Source: a virus
Taxonomy: Duplodnaviria > Caudoviricetes
Length of the DNA stretch: 64,000 nucleotides
Virus record (IMG/VR): IMGVR_UViG_2522572160_000003
Reading direction: 5' to 3' (one strand)
Below are positions 1 to 10,561 of the stretch, in pieces. Positions within the stretch are counted from its first letter, which is position 1. Each line of letters opens with the position of its first letter. The position numbers and the translations under genes are program-made. The notes under the pieces are model-generated. The model saw only the letters and a list, made by a program, of their open reading frames with translations. It was not told the origin of the DNA and did no database searches.

Positions 1-148
1 AAGTTTTTTGGAAAAATATGGATTTTACTGCGCTTTGAGTTACGTTCTCTAAAGAATTAAAATAGTTAAAACTGGAATAAACAACTAACAAGATGCCAAT
101 AGATAACAGTACAAACCTAATAACCTTTATATCGCCTAAACCAATCAT
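1..148 (-). CDS. Partial membrane protein, possibly a second ABC permease (runs off the window)
   Basis: ATG at 148 after GGAGGT; reads MIGLGDIKVIRFVLLSIGILLVVYSSFNYF... open to base 1; not in the ORF track. Confidence 0.55.
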   Translation of the reverse strand, partial: MIGLGDIKVIRFVLLSIGILLVVYSSFNYFNSLENVTQSAVKSIFFQKT

Positions 149-182
149 TGAGATACGACCTCCAGGTGGAGCAGCTCATGGA

Positions 183-1031
183 TCAAACGAGCATACTCCT
201 CTTTGACTCCCATGCATAAAGGCATGTGTCCAGAAAAATTTTTAATGGCATAATAACGAGGGCCATACTTAAAAGATATGTAAAAAACTGTGCATAAGAC
301 GCATCTTCCATAGCAAATCGCAAAAGGTCGCCAACGACCCCTCCCGCGGCATCGGTCTCCCCTTGCAATAAGTAATCAGTGAACACAGTAAAAGAGAACA
401 AGTATAAGAGCAAGGGGGACGTATTGCCCAGAAAAATCCAAAGCACTCTCTCTTTCAAGTAGTGAATTTTAGCCCCTCTCGGGCCAAGATATGAAGGCAG
501 TTTATAAGGAGCCGATACAACATACAATTTTTTATACTCAGTAACTATTTCAAAAACAAATGTATAGAGAAAAAAATATAAAAGTGCATTGGATAGTAAA
601 AGTGAAAGTGTTTTTGACCAAAAGATGCTTTCTCCAAACCAGGAATACAACGGGTCAACGTAACATACAATTGGTTTTGAACTGAAATATAAAAGACAAA
701 AAAAGCTCGCAATTCCGAACATCAATGAAATCCGGACATGTACTTTTTTTATTCCAATTGAGGCAAATATACCAATAAGAAATGCGACTATCCAAAATAT
801 TACAAAAGCCCAAAAAACATCCTGTAACGTCCGAAAAGCAGCTTTAAAAGCATCCCAAACCATATAAATATCTGCAGTTTTACTAATCACCGTTACAGTT
901 ACTAAAGATATCGCCATTATGCCTGTTGCCGCCACCTTCCACTTGCAATATTTCAAAGCTGCAAGTATATGCGGCAAGATGCTCAGAACATGTTGATCTG
1001 GCGCGTTATTTTTCAATTCTTCAACCTCCAT
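183..1031 (-). CDS. Multi-pass membrane protein, probable divergent ABC permease
   Basis: About six hydrophobic segments; overlaps the end of the substrate-binding protein gene. Confidence 0.55.
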   Translation of the reverse strand: MEVEELKNNAPDQHVLSILPHILAALKYCKWKVAATGIMAISLVTVTVISKTADIYMVWDAFKAAFRTLQDVFWAFVIFWIVAFLIGIFASIGIKKVHVRISLMFGIASFFCLLYFSSKPIVCYVDPLYSWFGESIFWSKTLSLLLSNALLYFFLYTFVFEIVTEYKKLYVVSAPYKLPSYLGPRGAKIHYLKERVLWIFLGNTSPLLLYLFSFTVFTDYLLQGETDAAGGVVGDLLRFAMEDASYAQFFTYLLSMALVIMPLKIFLDTCLYAWESKRSMLV

Positions 1032-2653
1032 GACCTAATATTGTAAAATGGCATTACTTTTCTTTCATCATTACATTCGCATTCCCTTTTTAAATTTACG
1101 TCGAACAGGTCTCTGCGTTTAAACCTGCCAACAACTGCTACGGGAAAGGTTTCTCCAACAATAATCCCAAATTTAGAAACCCCGTCAGTGCCACCGGCTA
1201 TGCATGCATCAATTTCATCTGACTCGACAACATCATTGGGAACTCCCAAAATATTAAGGGAGCTTCCGTCTTTTACAAACAACATGTATTTATGCCTAGA
1301 ACGTCCGTAAAAAAATATATCGAAATTCATATCAAATTCTTTTTCTTCAATGATGGAGTTGTAGCCCCTTCTTCCTGTCACTGGTGGTTCAAAGGAGAAA
1401 TTGACAATCCCTTCCCATATTTGATTTAGTTCCTCGGTCATTTTTTCAAAATCGTTTTTTTCGAAAGCATAGTCAATCTCTGGGGAATAATATATTTTTA
1501 TTTTGAGGTTTTTAACATCCCCATGTTTCTTTGCAAATTTTTGGGCTTCCTTTCTCGTTTCATGAAAAGAAGGTGCGTTCATTCCGTTCTTCTGATCAAA
1601 ACTTTCGTAAAGGAACACCCCTGGGGTAAGGTTTTCAACTTCATCACTTGATTCTTCTTGCCCTAGATTATCGTCAATCTTGATACCGCGCATTTTCCGT
1701 TTAATCGGTGAAAGATTCCAGACAGAATGTGTGAATATCGCTCTAAACTCTAAAGACAAAAAAAGATCCTCAAACTTTTCGCTATCATAATTGAAGCCGA
1801 TATAGGTAAAACTATCAAGGTCTGGAGAAGCTTTGAACTCGTAAATATCGGGTGACACGGGTAGGGTGCTGGGAACTGAGAGTATTACATTTGGTCGTCT
1901 CTTGACATCACTAAGGGTTGTGGTCATCTCTTTTCGGAGATCATAATAGTTGAATTTGACGTTAGAAATATTTGTTTTCTGAGGATCTCTGGATGAAAGA
2001 GAAAGTTTTCTTGAATCGATGTCGCTAATTTTGTAATACCCTCCTGTAGCTTTATTATATATATCAATTCCCCCTTTCCCTACGATCGTCTGCGAATAAA
2101 AATCATTTGAAGCACAACGAAGTATGGGAAAATCTAAAATATTCATTAACACCCACGATTGGGCGCTTTTTGTATAATCTGCATACAATCTATTCCCATC
2201 AACTCTGAAGCGAAGTGCATGGTAAGGATTTTTGGGAACTTGTTTGATTTGTTCAACTGTATACGCAACGTCATTTATGGATAGTGCTGTGCTCGCGCAA
2301 TTTGGACATTCATCATTGTTCAGGTCTAAAGTGAGAAAATTTGACCCATTTCGTGGTTCGTTTGCCTTCCCTTTGGCTTGGCAAATAGCACTACGTAAAA
2401 ATGCGTTTTCGGACTCCGGGTCATCCAAACAACTTCTTGCATACAAAGTTTCCGTAGTGAATTGATTTAACACAAAAGATGGGTAACTTGCGTATTGAAG
2501 TGGATTCCAATCTGATGTGTATTGTATGGTTGATATACTTAACTCTACAGAGTCATTTGGTTCTATACCCAGAGCGAAATCTCCCCCTATCAGCAATATA
2601 GTCAAAGTAACCATTACATTTATCGCCGTTGACCTCCAACAAGATCTTATCAT
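1013..2653 (-). CDS. ABC substrate-binding protein, family 5 (OppA/DppA-like), divergent
   Basis: Signal peptide; WNPL, 'LSINDVAYTV', 'TGGYYKI', 'YIGFNY', 'EFRAIF', 'KEFDM' echo SBP_bac_5 motifs; 546 aa. Confidence 0.65.
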   Translation of the reverse strand: MIRSCWRSTAINVMVTLTILLIGGDFALGIEPNDSVELSISTIQYTSDWNPLQYASYPSFVLNQFTTETLYARSCLDDPESENAFLRSAICQAKGKANEPRNGSNFLTLDLNNDECPNCASTALSINDVAYTVEQIKQVPKNPYHALRFRVDGNRLYADYTKSAQSWVLMNILDFPILRCASNDFYSQTIVGKGGIDIYNKATGGYYKISDIDSRKLSLSSRDPQKTNISNVKFNYYDLRKEMTTTLSDVKRRPNVILSVPSTLPVSPDIYEFKASPDLDSFTYIGFNYDSEKFEDLFLSLEFRAIFTHSVWNLSPIKRKMRGIKIDDNLGQEESSDEVENLTPGVFLYESFDQKNGMNAPSFHETRKEAQKFAKKHGDVKNLKIKIYYSPEIDYAFEKNDFEKMTEELNQIWEGIVNFSFEPPVTGRRGYNSIIEEKEFDMNFDIFFYGRSRHKYMLFVKDGSSLNILGVPNDVVESDEIDACIAGGTDGVSKFGIIVGETFPVAVVGRFKRRDLFDVNLKRECECNDERKVMPFYNIRSWRLKN

Positions 2654-2690
2654 AAGTTGTCTCCCAAGCTCCTTATATTGTATAAATCCC

Positions 2691-3650
2691 TCAATTATGC
2701 AATACCAGTTTACTTCTCCATAAAATATCTTCTAATTGCTGCAACTCAGGATATCTTTTTTTTAAGTCATCCCGCGGGTAAAAAAACTCCTGTAGCACCA
2801 ACCCAGGATTTCTAAAAGCAGCAAGCCGGGCATATTCCATATAGTAACAGGTGAAAAATTCAGATTTTTTTATCTCGAATGGTCGATTCCGCGGGTTCGC
2901 CAAGTATAAGTTAATTCCCCCAAAAGAATCCTCCGAGGAAAATTGATTATAGAATTCCCTTAAGTAAGGATTCGTAACTTCTGTTAGGGGCCATTCAACA
3001 CTCTTATCACAAACATTCAGGACGTTTGTAATGAAGTAAACCAGAAAATTGTGAATTTCGGCTTCCCTTCCTGTTGCATTAGCATCCAATATTGCAAGTT
3101 CAGAGCAGTATTTTTCATCAACAAGATTTTGAAGTTCGGCAATCGCTGGTTCTAATCGGCGTGGATCCTCCAAATGGAAATTAATTTCGGGGTTGTCATA
3201 TGGCTCTAAATAGTCGCCTTCAGAAGTGCTATCGATTATTGCCCGAGCATTGGCCACGTACAATTCAATCTTCTCTTTATCTTTGATACTTATTGCCTTC
3301 AAGTTGTGAGAACTATGCTCCACGATCTCAGTCTTTTCATTGAGATAGGCTTCAAGAACTTCGGCATGACACCGGACTAACAATTCATAAATAGTTTTTT
3401 TAACAAACAAATCAGTTATTTCCTGTGGAACATCTAATAGTTTAACATCGTCTACAGGATATGCTTTTTTAGAAATGTAAGATTCAGCATTATTCGCTCC
3501 GTGTTTTCCATCAGAGACAGTATTTGTAACTGAAGGACTTTCCTTTAAATTAAGACCTTTCTCAACATTCTGAAAGTGAATGACTATTGCGACAAGCAGT
3601 AGAGTAAACGTCGTAGTTGCAACTGCTATAAACCACGCTCCCCGCTTCAT
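2691..3650 (-). CDS. Membrane-anchored periplasmic protein, unknown function
   Basis: 319 aa; single N-terminal TM; 4-nt overlap with the upstream gene. Confidence 0.75.
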   Translation of the reverse strand: MKRGAWFIAVATTTFTLLLVAIVIHFQNVEKGLNLKESPSVTNTVSDGKHGANNAESYISKKAYPVDDVKLLDVPQEITDLFVKKTIYELLVRCHAEVLEAYLNEKTEIVEHSSHNLKAISIKDKEKIELYVANARAIIDSTSEGDYLEPYDNPEINFHLEDPRRLEPAIAELQNLVDEKYCSELAILDANATGREAEIHNFLVYFITNVLNVCDKSVEWPLTEVTNPYLREFYNQFSSEDSFGGINLYLANPRNRPFEIKKSEFFTCYYMEYARLAAFRNPGLVLQEFFYPRDDLKKRYPELQQLEDILWRSKLVLHN

Positions 3651-4963
3651 AATGTTTCCTCCAAAATTTTAAAAATCAGTATATTAGTAGAGGAACTGCT
3701 TGGCCTACCTTGCAACTTCTGCTTGACCGACGCTTGAACTGCCAGAAAATTCTCCCCCTTATAAGAAAATGGATACACCCAAGAAACATGATTAAGCGTT
3801 ATTAATGTCTCCCCATCGCTTTTCGCCCAAACTTGCTGGTATAAAAAATGATCGCTAATCCATTCCGCCCGTTTCTCTAATATTTCCTGGTCATTTCTTC
3901 CCTCAATATCGTCCAAACGGTTTCGAATTTTTTTGTAAGCATTGCAAACACTAAAGCTATTGGGAAATCCAAGCTCGTCTTCACTGCATTTAGGGCCACA
4001 TTTTATCCGAAACACCTTCAAACTGTCGCCCATCTTAGTAAAATATAATTCATCTCCAAGCCAAGCAAATGAATTGGGGTATAGAAAGTAATTATCAGCC
4101 CTGCAGTCATAGACATTTACGCGTGCAACAGTTTGCACGGGTTCTTTAAGATTCACGATATCATAAATGTATAATCCCCAGATATTGTTTTTGTCCACAT
4201 AGGCAACCGCCAAATACTCCCCAGATTGTGAAAATCTCGGGTAAAATATCGGATTTTCACTTTTCAGAACCCTCTGGCTTCCTTTTTCGTGAATACAAAC
4301 GCGGGGAAAGTTGTTTAAATCATGGTATGAAACAGCATACTTTTTCCCATCAGGATGCATGTCAAAATCAAAAAGACCTTCTGAGTTGTCAATTGTTTGT
4401 TTTTTCCCTTTTTGATCATACAAGTAATCATGACTAATAAAAGTAACCTTGTTTTTCGATTTCATCAATGTAACTGGTCTTTCATCTGAATTCATTATAG
4501 GCAAAGAAATCGGACGATTATCTGGAATACTTTTAAATATAAAATTATTGTCAACATCCTCCCAAAATATGGGTCCCCGAGAAAAAGAAACAAGCCTACC
4601 CGGAGAAGGGACTTGATCCAAAAAACTTACCTTCTCTTGATTGATTTTAATCTCAGGGTGAACCATAGCAGGCTCGAGGGCGCAAAAACCTGATTTGTCA
4701 GGCCCCATGACATGGTCTAAGTCATACGCAAAAAGCCTTCCTCCATCTGACGCCAAATCGATAAACATCAAGTAGTCGTCAGCAACAAAAGGGAATTTTA
4801 AACGGCCGCCTTCTGACAGCCAAGAAGGTGGAACGTTCTTTTTTGATACGTAACACCCAGTCTTGTACTCAACCTCAACTCCTATGGCATTGCCAGCGAA
4901 GACTGCTGCCATGAAGAAGACGAATAGCCCCCATTTAGACATTGCGTTGGAACATATCCTCAT
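3647..4963 (-). CDS. Exported TolB-like beta-propeller protein
   Basis: Signal peptide; PD40-type blades 'FDMHPDGKKYAVS', 'PRFSQSGEYLAV', 'FAWLGDELYF'. Confidence 0.65.
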   Translation of the reverse strand: MRICSNAMSKWGLFVFFMAAVFAGNAIGVEVEYKTGCYVSKKNVPPSWLSEGGRLKFPFVADDYLMFIDLASDGGRLFAYDLDHVMGPDKSGFCALEPAMVHPEIKINQEKVSFLDQVPSPGRLVSFSRGPIFWEDVDNNFIFKSIPDNRPISLPIMNSDERPVTLMKSKNKVTFISHDYLYDQKGKKQTIDNSEGLFDFDMHPDGKKYAVSYHDLNNFPRVCIHEKGSQRVLKSENPIFYPRFSQSGEYLAVAYVDKNNIWGLYIYDIVNLKEPVQTVARVNVYDCRADNYFLYPNSFAWLGDELYFTKMGDSLKVFRIKCGPKCSEDELGFPNSFSVCNAYKKIRNRLDDIEGRNDQEILEKRAEWISDHFLYQQVWAKSDGETLITLNHVSWVYPFSYKGENFLAVQASVKQKLQGRPSSSSTNILIFKILEETL

Positions 4964-4964
4964 G

Positions 4965-7900
4965 CTAAAAACCTCTCACAAATTCCACAGAGTTTGAATT
5001 GTTCGATTTTTCCCAATACAAAACCTTTTCTTTTTCACTATTATAAGTAAGAAGTCGAACATCTTTGATGGGAATTCGTTTATCAAAAATCTCGTCTTTG
5101 TATCCGTCGGTCTTAGTAACAATCCAAGATTTCGTTCTGTTGTTATAAAGGAACTTTAGATTTTGTACCTGAACCCTGCCCTTTTGTTCTGTGACTTCAT
5201 GGTTTACAATCAAGATAGATGATAAATTACGGAAATCTTTGTCCAAGGCTTTAATATAAATCTTGACATTTTCTGGAGCCACTGCCACAGCCTCATCAAA
5301 ATAGTTGGTCAAGTCAATTTCTCCTGGAATCGAAGAAATACGCCCCTCTACGTCAAAACGCGTTACAGTTGCTATATATCGGTAGGTCTTAGCTCCATTA
5401 CTAACACGTTGCAATCGCAGGAATCCCATGGCTAACCCTTTTGAATTGAAAAACGTGTCTGAAGACAGAACGGCATCACTGGAACCTTTCGAATGATATA
5501 AAATTTCTTCCTTGCAGCCACTGTTATTGGGCAAATAGGCGATACCCGCCCCTTTAGATAGACAGCACAATGAGTTCCCAAATTTTATGAGATTTACCCC
5601 ACCATCACTTGCGCTCTCATCCTTACTCGTTTGCCAATGCTCGGGTTTCAATAAATGAAGTTTATGGATTTCTTTTGGAGGCGCATCGGTATTCAAAACC
5701 TTTTCCAAAAGGCGAGCGGAACCCTTTGCTGAGAACAAACAGGCTAAATAGGAAGTGTCTGTAAACTCTATGGTTAACGCAACCAAATCTCCTTGCCTGC
5801 CGTCAAAACTAATTAGCTTCCACTCCATCTCCCTATGGGAAAAAGTTAGAACCTCGATAGGACTTATCTGGACTGCAAAATAATCAAGGGTCTCATCTCG
5901 CCCTCCAATGGTCGGCGCAGAATTCAATTTGATTGGAGTACCAACAAATTGCCCGTTGGTTTTGCAGCATGTTTGAAAGTAAAACGGTCCCGACTTCATT
6001 TCATCTTCAGGGCCCATCAGAATGTACATATATGGCGACTGCAATAACGGGCTAAAACAACTTATAATAACATTGCCTTGCATAGGACTGATACTTACTG
6101 TATTGGTAGTGTAACCTGAAAATACTTCATCATTTCCCTCCAATCTTTCAAACTCGCCAGAAAATAAATCGGTTAAATAGTAAATATATGGATTTCCAGC
6201 TTCTACGCACCGCAAGGATCCACCATTATTTTCATTAACTGTCAGCGTGACTGATAAGTCCTGTGTTCGTTCGAGTGCCAGCACCACTCCCTCTTTCTTA
6301 GATAAATCCGTTTTATGTTCAAAAGGTTCTGCGTGAAAACCCATCATTTCCAAAACCTTTTTTGCCAGGTCGGATTCAACGCCAATCAAATGAGGAAGTG
6401 GATGGTTTTGAACCACCAAATCGTTATCGCTCAATACAATTTCAAGGTAGTTCTCAAAATTGGAAATATTTCTCATCTTGTTCCTGTATTTGCTTGTTAC
6501 ATCAGTTTCTGTCAGAAACTTGGCAATCGAAGGCTCCCATCTAACTGGAATCACTTCAATTTCATTCATACCGGCAATGCAATCTATTTGATCTCCTAAA
6601 GAAAAAAGAGTATTGTTATATTTAATTCCAATTTCAACATCGGGAAATATTCCTTCTTTATTCGTCACAGTAAAACTTCGAGGTCTTTTTACCTCTTGAT
6701 TAACAATCAGGGTTAAACACTTGTCTTTATTGAATTTGCTGTCCAGCACTATTCCTTTCTCTTTTTTAGTTTCGTTGCTGTATGCAACTGAACAAATTTT
6801 GAACCCTAAAAGACCAGCCGCTTTTTGCGCATAATTTATGGTTTCTCCCTCAAAATTCGGTCGTATTGAATTTGATTCAATTTTAAGATCATTCGGCTCA
6901 AGATTGATTCGTTCTCCATTTTTGATGACTCCTATGTTTTTCTTAACCGCAGAGTACTTTTGTGTAACTGTATATTCTCGCATTGCACGGGCGACATCGT
7001 CAGTCCAAGCGACGGGTTTGACCTCAATAGATTTTACCTCTTCCACATATGGAATTTCTGCGTCTAAGTCATATGTCCCGCCATTGTATACCACCTTAAT
7101 CTCGACATCTTGCAAAATATATTTTGGCTTGGTGACTGAAAAGTGCTTTGGTTTAGCAACCTCAGGAAGGTCTACCACAAGAGTTGTTTTTCCTTGAGCA
7201 GCGCAAACGAGGGGCTTTATTTTTGCTTCAATATCGCCTTCTATCCCATTCCCGTATTTAATGCCCACATGAAGGTTTCTGCCATTTCTAACGTAATCAT
7301 TAATAAGCTCTACTTTTCCAGATTTTACTGTTTCTCCATTGACTACATTTCCCATATGCACATGGCCGATGCATTGATTTCCGTTCTTATCTGAATACAG
7401 AGAGACCGTGGCCTCCAAGCCGGAATCAATTAACGCGTCCGTCGACCTAATAAAAACAAAAGGAGATTTGTCTATGAATGGAAAATCACTTGGTAGATTG
7501 TTTACGCCTTCAAACATATTCGGGGAAGGGAATCGCTCCTTAACCCTCGCGACAAAATAATGCAAATTCAAAAGGTTGGGCTTGTAAGGTACGATAATAC
7601 CTCTTGCTGCATCCCAAAAACGCTCTTCCTTAGCCTGGCCGTTGGCTGTTGTATAAAGCCCTAAATGACTGCCTTTATTATATTTAATGTAGCCCTCTTC
7701 ATTTCCGGCCCCCATCTCCCCTACGCCATAACACCCATGTGCAATCAATAAAGACTGTGCTCCTCTATCGCGGATAGTCTTATCAATATGGAGGTTCAAC
7801 TCATCAATATTTAAAAGATCAACAAACTCACCGTTTGGAAGCACCTTAACATTACTTGTAAGCATTGCATTTTTTATCGCGTGGGAATGGGTATAAATAA

Positions 7901-8264
7901 AAAGAAAATCCCCTTCCCCCAAAATAGTAATTTTCTCGTCAATCAATCTCTGGATAGTATCATCCTCTAAAAATTTGGATCCATAGAACTTTTCATCTGG
8001 GCAATTAATGCTAAACTCCTGACGTGGAGCGGAGTCTCCATAATAAATAATGGTTTGATCAAAATACTTGTTTATCACATCGTACATGCCCTGGAGGACG
8101 CTATGGGCATGGTCCAGATTATCAATTCCAGCAGCGTTTTTCGCTTCTTTATCAAAAACTTTAGGCGCGCCGAAAAGCATGGCATATCTATTTCCGGCGT
8201 GAACCGTTGAAGTCAAAGCCATTGCCATAAAGATTATAGCAAATATGGCAGCTATTTTTCTCAT
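4965..8264 (-). CDS. Exported caspase-like (peptidase C14 fold) protein with two beta-domain+PASTA repeats and a C-terminal beta-rich region
   Basis: Signal peptide; RYAMLFG...GDFLFIYTHSHA (H128)...LLIAHGCYG (C178); ~156-aa repeat x2 (aa ~368-678) ending in PASTA-like 'PNFEGETINYAQKAAGLLGF' and 'LPHLIGVESDLAKKVLEMMGF'. Confidence 0.65.
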   Translation of the reverse strand: MRKIAAIFAIIFMAMALTSTVHAGNRYAMLFGAPKVFDKEAKNAAGIDNLDHAHSVLQGMYDVINKYFDQTIIYYGDSAPRQEFSINCPDEKFYGSKFLEDDTIQRLIDEKITILGEGDFLFIYTHSHAIKNAMLTSNVKVLPNGEFVDLLNIDELNLHIDKTIRDRGAQSLLIAHGCYGVGEMGAGNEEGYIKYNKGSHLGLYTTANGQAKEERFWDAARGIIVPYKPNLLNLHYFVARVKERFPSPNMFEGVNNLPSDFPFIDKSPFVFIRSTDALIDSGLEATVSLYSDKNGNQCIGHVHMGNVVNGETVKSGKVELINDYVRNGRNLHVGIKYGNGIEGDIEAKIKPLVCAAQGKTTLVVDLPEVAKPKHFSVTKPKYILQDVEIKVVYNGGTYDLDAEIPYVEEVKSIEVKPVAWTDDVARAMREYTVTQKYSAVKKNIGVIKNGERINLEPNDLKIESNSIRPNFEGETINYAQKAAGLLGFKICSVAYSNETKKEKGIVLDSKFNKDKCLTLIVNQEVKRPRSFTVTNKEGIFPDVEIGIKYNNTLFSLGDQIDCIAGMNEIEVIPVRWEPSIAKFLTETDVTSKYRNKMRNISNFENYLEIVLSDNDLVVQNHPLPHLIGVESDLAKKVLEMMGFHAEPFEHKTDLSKKEGVVLALERTQDLSVTLTVNENNGGSLRCVEAGNPYIYYLTDLFSGEFERLEGNDEVFSGYTTNTVSISPMQGNVIISCFSPLLQSPYMYILMGPEDEMKSGPFYFQTCCKTNGQFVGTPIKLNSAPTIGGRDETLDYFAVQISPIEVLTFSHREMEWKLISFDGRQGDLVALTIEFTDTSYLACLFSAKGSARLLEKVLNTDAPPKEIHKLHLLKPEHWQTSKDESASDGGVNLIKFGNSLCCLSKGAGIAYLPNNSGCKEEILYHSKGSSDAVLSSDTFFNSKGLAMGFLRLQRVSNGAKTYRYIATVTRFDVEGRISSIPGEIDLTNYFDEAVAVAPENVKIYIKALDKDFRNLSSILIVNHEVTEQKGRVQVQNLKFLYNNRTKSWIVTKTDGYKDEIFDKRIPIKDVRLLTYNSEKEKVLYWEKSNNSNSVEFVRGF

Positions 8265-8277
8265 TTTAAACCCCCAA

Positions 8278-9759
8278 CTACCTAAAATTTATAGGTTTTG
8301 AAACGGCCAAAACACTTAGACCACCGTTACTAATTTCCCTGGTGATAAAATTAACACACTCGTTGTCACCATTGAGGCATGAAACCTGAAACCTATGCTC
8401 CAAAAGATAGACTTTGAAGAACATATCAGATGGCGGCTTTACGCCCGCTTTTCCCCAATCAATGGTCAGGGTTTTTTTCTGGAACTTATCAATATAGGAA
8501 TCGTTGTGGCGTATTAGCGGATAGGGGTAATCAGGTTCATTTCCATAATCAACTTCTAGTAAAACGTACCCCTCATGGCTGGACTCCACTTCCAAAGAAA
8601 TTTTGTCATCTAAAAATCTTTTTGAAACAATGTTAATTGCTGGCTTTGACTGTTTATTATCTACCCAATAAATTTGGGACAAACAGTCAAACTCATCTCT
8701 TTTACCCAAGATAACTTTACCGTTTACTCGTTCCACCGAATGAAAGTTTACTATTAATCCCAAGGCCTCTAACTCACTATTACTTCTTATAATATCGCCT
8801 CTTTTCACCAACATTGCGTGAGTGGCTGTTGCCGGCGCAAAAACGGCTTCACCATTATACAATTCGTTAAAAATTTTCCATGTTTCCACTCTGGGAATAA
8901 CTGAAACTTTGGTTCCCATACCAAAGAGATTGATCGCGTTCTCAATGTGATCAGGTAACTTAGATTTAATGTTTTCAGGCAATGATTCATCTATAATCAT
9001 ATCCAAAACCAACGGCCGCTCTGGATTTACAGCGTTATACCTACACAATAATGCAACGCCCATTATTCTTCCCAAAGATGCAGCATCGGCTGCTGGAGAG
9101 TCAGGGTAGCCTGAAATAAATTGGTAATCGCCTAACTTCCTTCCGCCATCTTTTGCGTAAAACTTATCGACGTTTCGATATTTTTCAGCCTTGAGAATTT
9201 TCTCGATTACACATGCTGCAGTATCAAAAGCTCCCTCTGCATTCCTTATCACCACTGTCAGTTTAACATCCTCATCGCTTTCACCGACATGGATATATCC
9301 AATGGATCTGGGCGCAGTTCTGCAAGGAAGTTGAGGTTTAATTCCTGGAGGGGGTTGAACATAATAGACAATATCGGTGTTCCCAAAAACATATGGAAGC
9401 ACACCTTCGGCACCATCAGTTGTCTTTTGCGCCTCAATCATTCCGCTTTCCAATTGCTTTCTGAGGCCATTCATTAACGTTGTCGTCTTTCCATAAGGAA
9501 TGCTAGGATAATCAGGGTTAGCAATAAGCAATAAAACCGGCAGGATATTCTCTGCCTTACAAACATCATATATTTCCTGGGCGCATTCCTGAATTTGTTC
9601 TTGATCGTCCTTCCTGCATTGCCTTTCTTTTGAAGAGATGCTGGAATCCCCGGAAAGGGAGGCACAGCCTGAAACAAATAGGCATAAAGCCATCATAAAT
9701 ACTGCGCACATCATGGTAGCCAAGCATTCTTTTACCTTATGACTTTTTTTGAATTGCAT
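8278..9759 (-). CDS. Lipoprotein, possible C-terminal DUF4384-like domain
   Basis: Lipobox FVSGC; C-terminal 'DKISLEVESSHEGYVLLEVDYG..YPL'. Confidence 0.6.
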   Translation of the reverse strand: MQFKKSHKVKECLATMMCAVFMMALCLFVSGCASLSGDSSISSKERQCRKDDQEQIQECAQEIYDVCKAENILPVLLLIANPDYPSIPYGKTTTLMNGLRKQLESGMIEAQKTTDGAEGVLPYVFGNTDIVYYVQPPPGIKPQLPCRTAPRSIGYIHVGESDEDVKLTVVIRNAEGAFDTAACVIEKILKAEKYRNVDKFYAKDGGRKLGDYQFISGYPDSPAADAASLGRIMGVALLCRYNAVNPERPLVLDMIIDESLPENIKSKLPDHIENAINLFGMGTKVSVIPRVETWKIFNELYNGEAVFAPATATHAMLVKRGDIIRSNSELEALGLIVNFHSVERVNGKVILGKRDEFDCLSQIYWVDNKQSKPAINIVSKRFLDDKISLEVESSHEGYVLLEVDYGNEPDYPYPLIRHNDSYIDKFQKKTLTIDWGKAGVKPPSDMFFKVYLLEHRFQVSCLNGDNECVNFITREISNGGLSVLAVSKPINFR

Positions 9760-9899
9760 GTCCTCCCTCCCTGCATGCCAACTATACTATTAACGCGAAA
9801 GATCAGCTGTAACAGTTGAGTACTTGTTACACTCAGCAGAAGTCGCTTCTTCCAAATATAAACAAAACAGACACTACCCAAAATTACTGTTCATAGGTA

Positions 9900-10559
9900 T
9901 TATAATTGATAATTCTGGTAAAACTCCAAACGCTCCTCGTCATTCTCAAAAATCTTAAAACTGGAAATGCTGTTAAGAGCTTTAATCATGTCCCTTAATT
10001 GGGGGGTAATGTCTAAATTGGGCGTGCCATTTTTCTTGATGACCTCAAGCATGTCTTTTCCTATAATAATTTTAACGTTGCTTTTAACTCTTGAACGCAA
10101 TGCATCAGAGATATTATTAGGATAGGTGTTGGCTTCAGGCCCCACGATTCCGGTATGGATCGGAATGTTCAAAACGACTCCTTTGTCGAAGACAATTTGC
10201 CCGGAAAAATCGTATTCCACTTTTCCTTCCCAATGTTTGGCGGTTTCGCCGTGGTAGGTGGTTGTCTTTTCAACTAATTCCTTTTCATCGAATTTTCCAG
10301 TCAGCTTTACCTCGAGAAGATCTAAATCCGAATTTTGCTTGTCTAATTCCCCCCTTAATTCCTCCGCGATTTCTTTTCCTATCTGGGAAATTACACTGTC
10401 TGGGTCCATGTCAAACCCGCCATGATTCAGGATGGGTTCCGTTTCGGCGCCTTTCATAGAGGAGGCCTTTTGCAGCGGGTCATTGGCATTAGTCGATTGA
10501 ACCGCAATGATCATAAATGCTGAAATTAACAGTGATGTGATAAGTCTCATTTTGGTCAT
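9900..10559 (-). CDS. Exported hypothetical protein
   Basis: Start trimmed to MTKMRLITSLL (signal peptide), just after the SLT stop. Confidence 0.7.
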   Translation of the reverse strand: MTKMRLITSLLISAFMIIAVQSTNANDPLQKASSMKGAETEPILNHGGFDMDPDSVISQIGKEIAEELRGELDKQNSDLDLLEVKLTGKFDEKELVEKTTTYHGETAKHWEGKVEYDFSGQIVFDKGVVLNIPIHTGIVGPEANTYPNNISDALRSRVKSNVKIIIGKDMLEVIKKNGTPNLDITPQLRDMIKALNSISSFKIFENDEERLEFYQNYQL

Positions 10560-10561
10560 TC

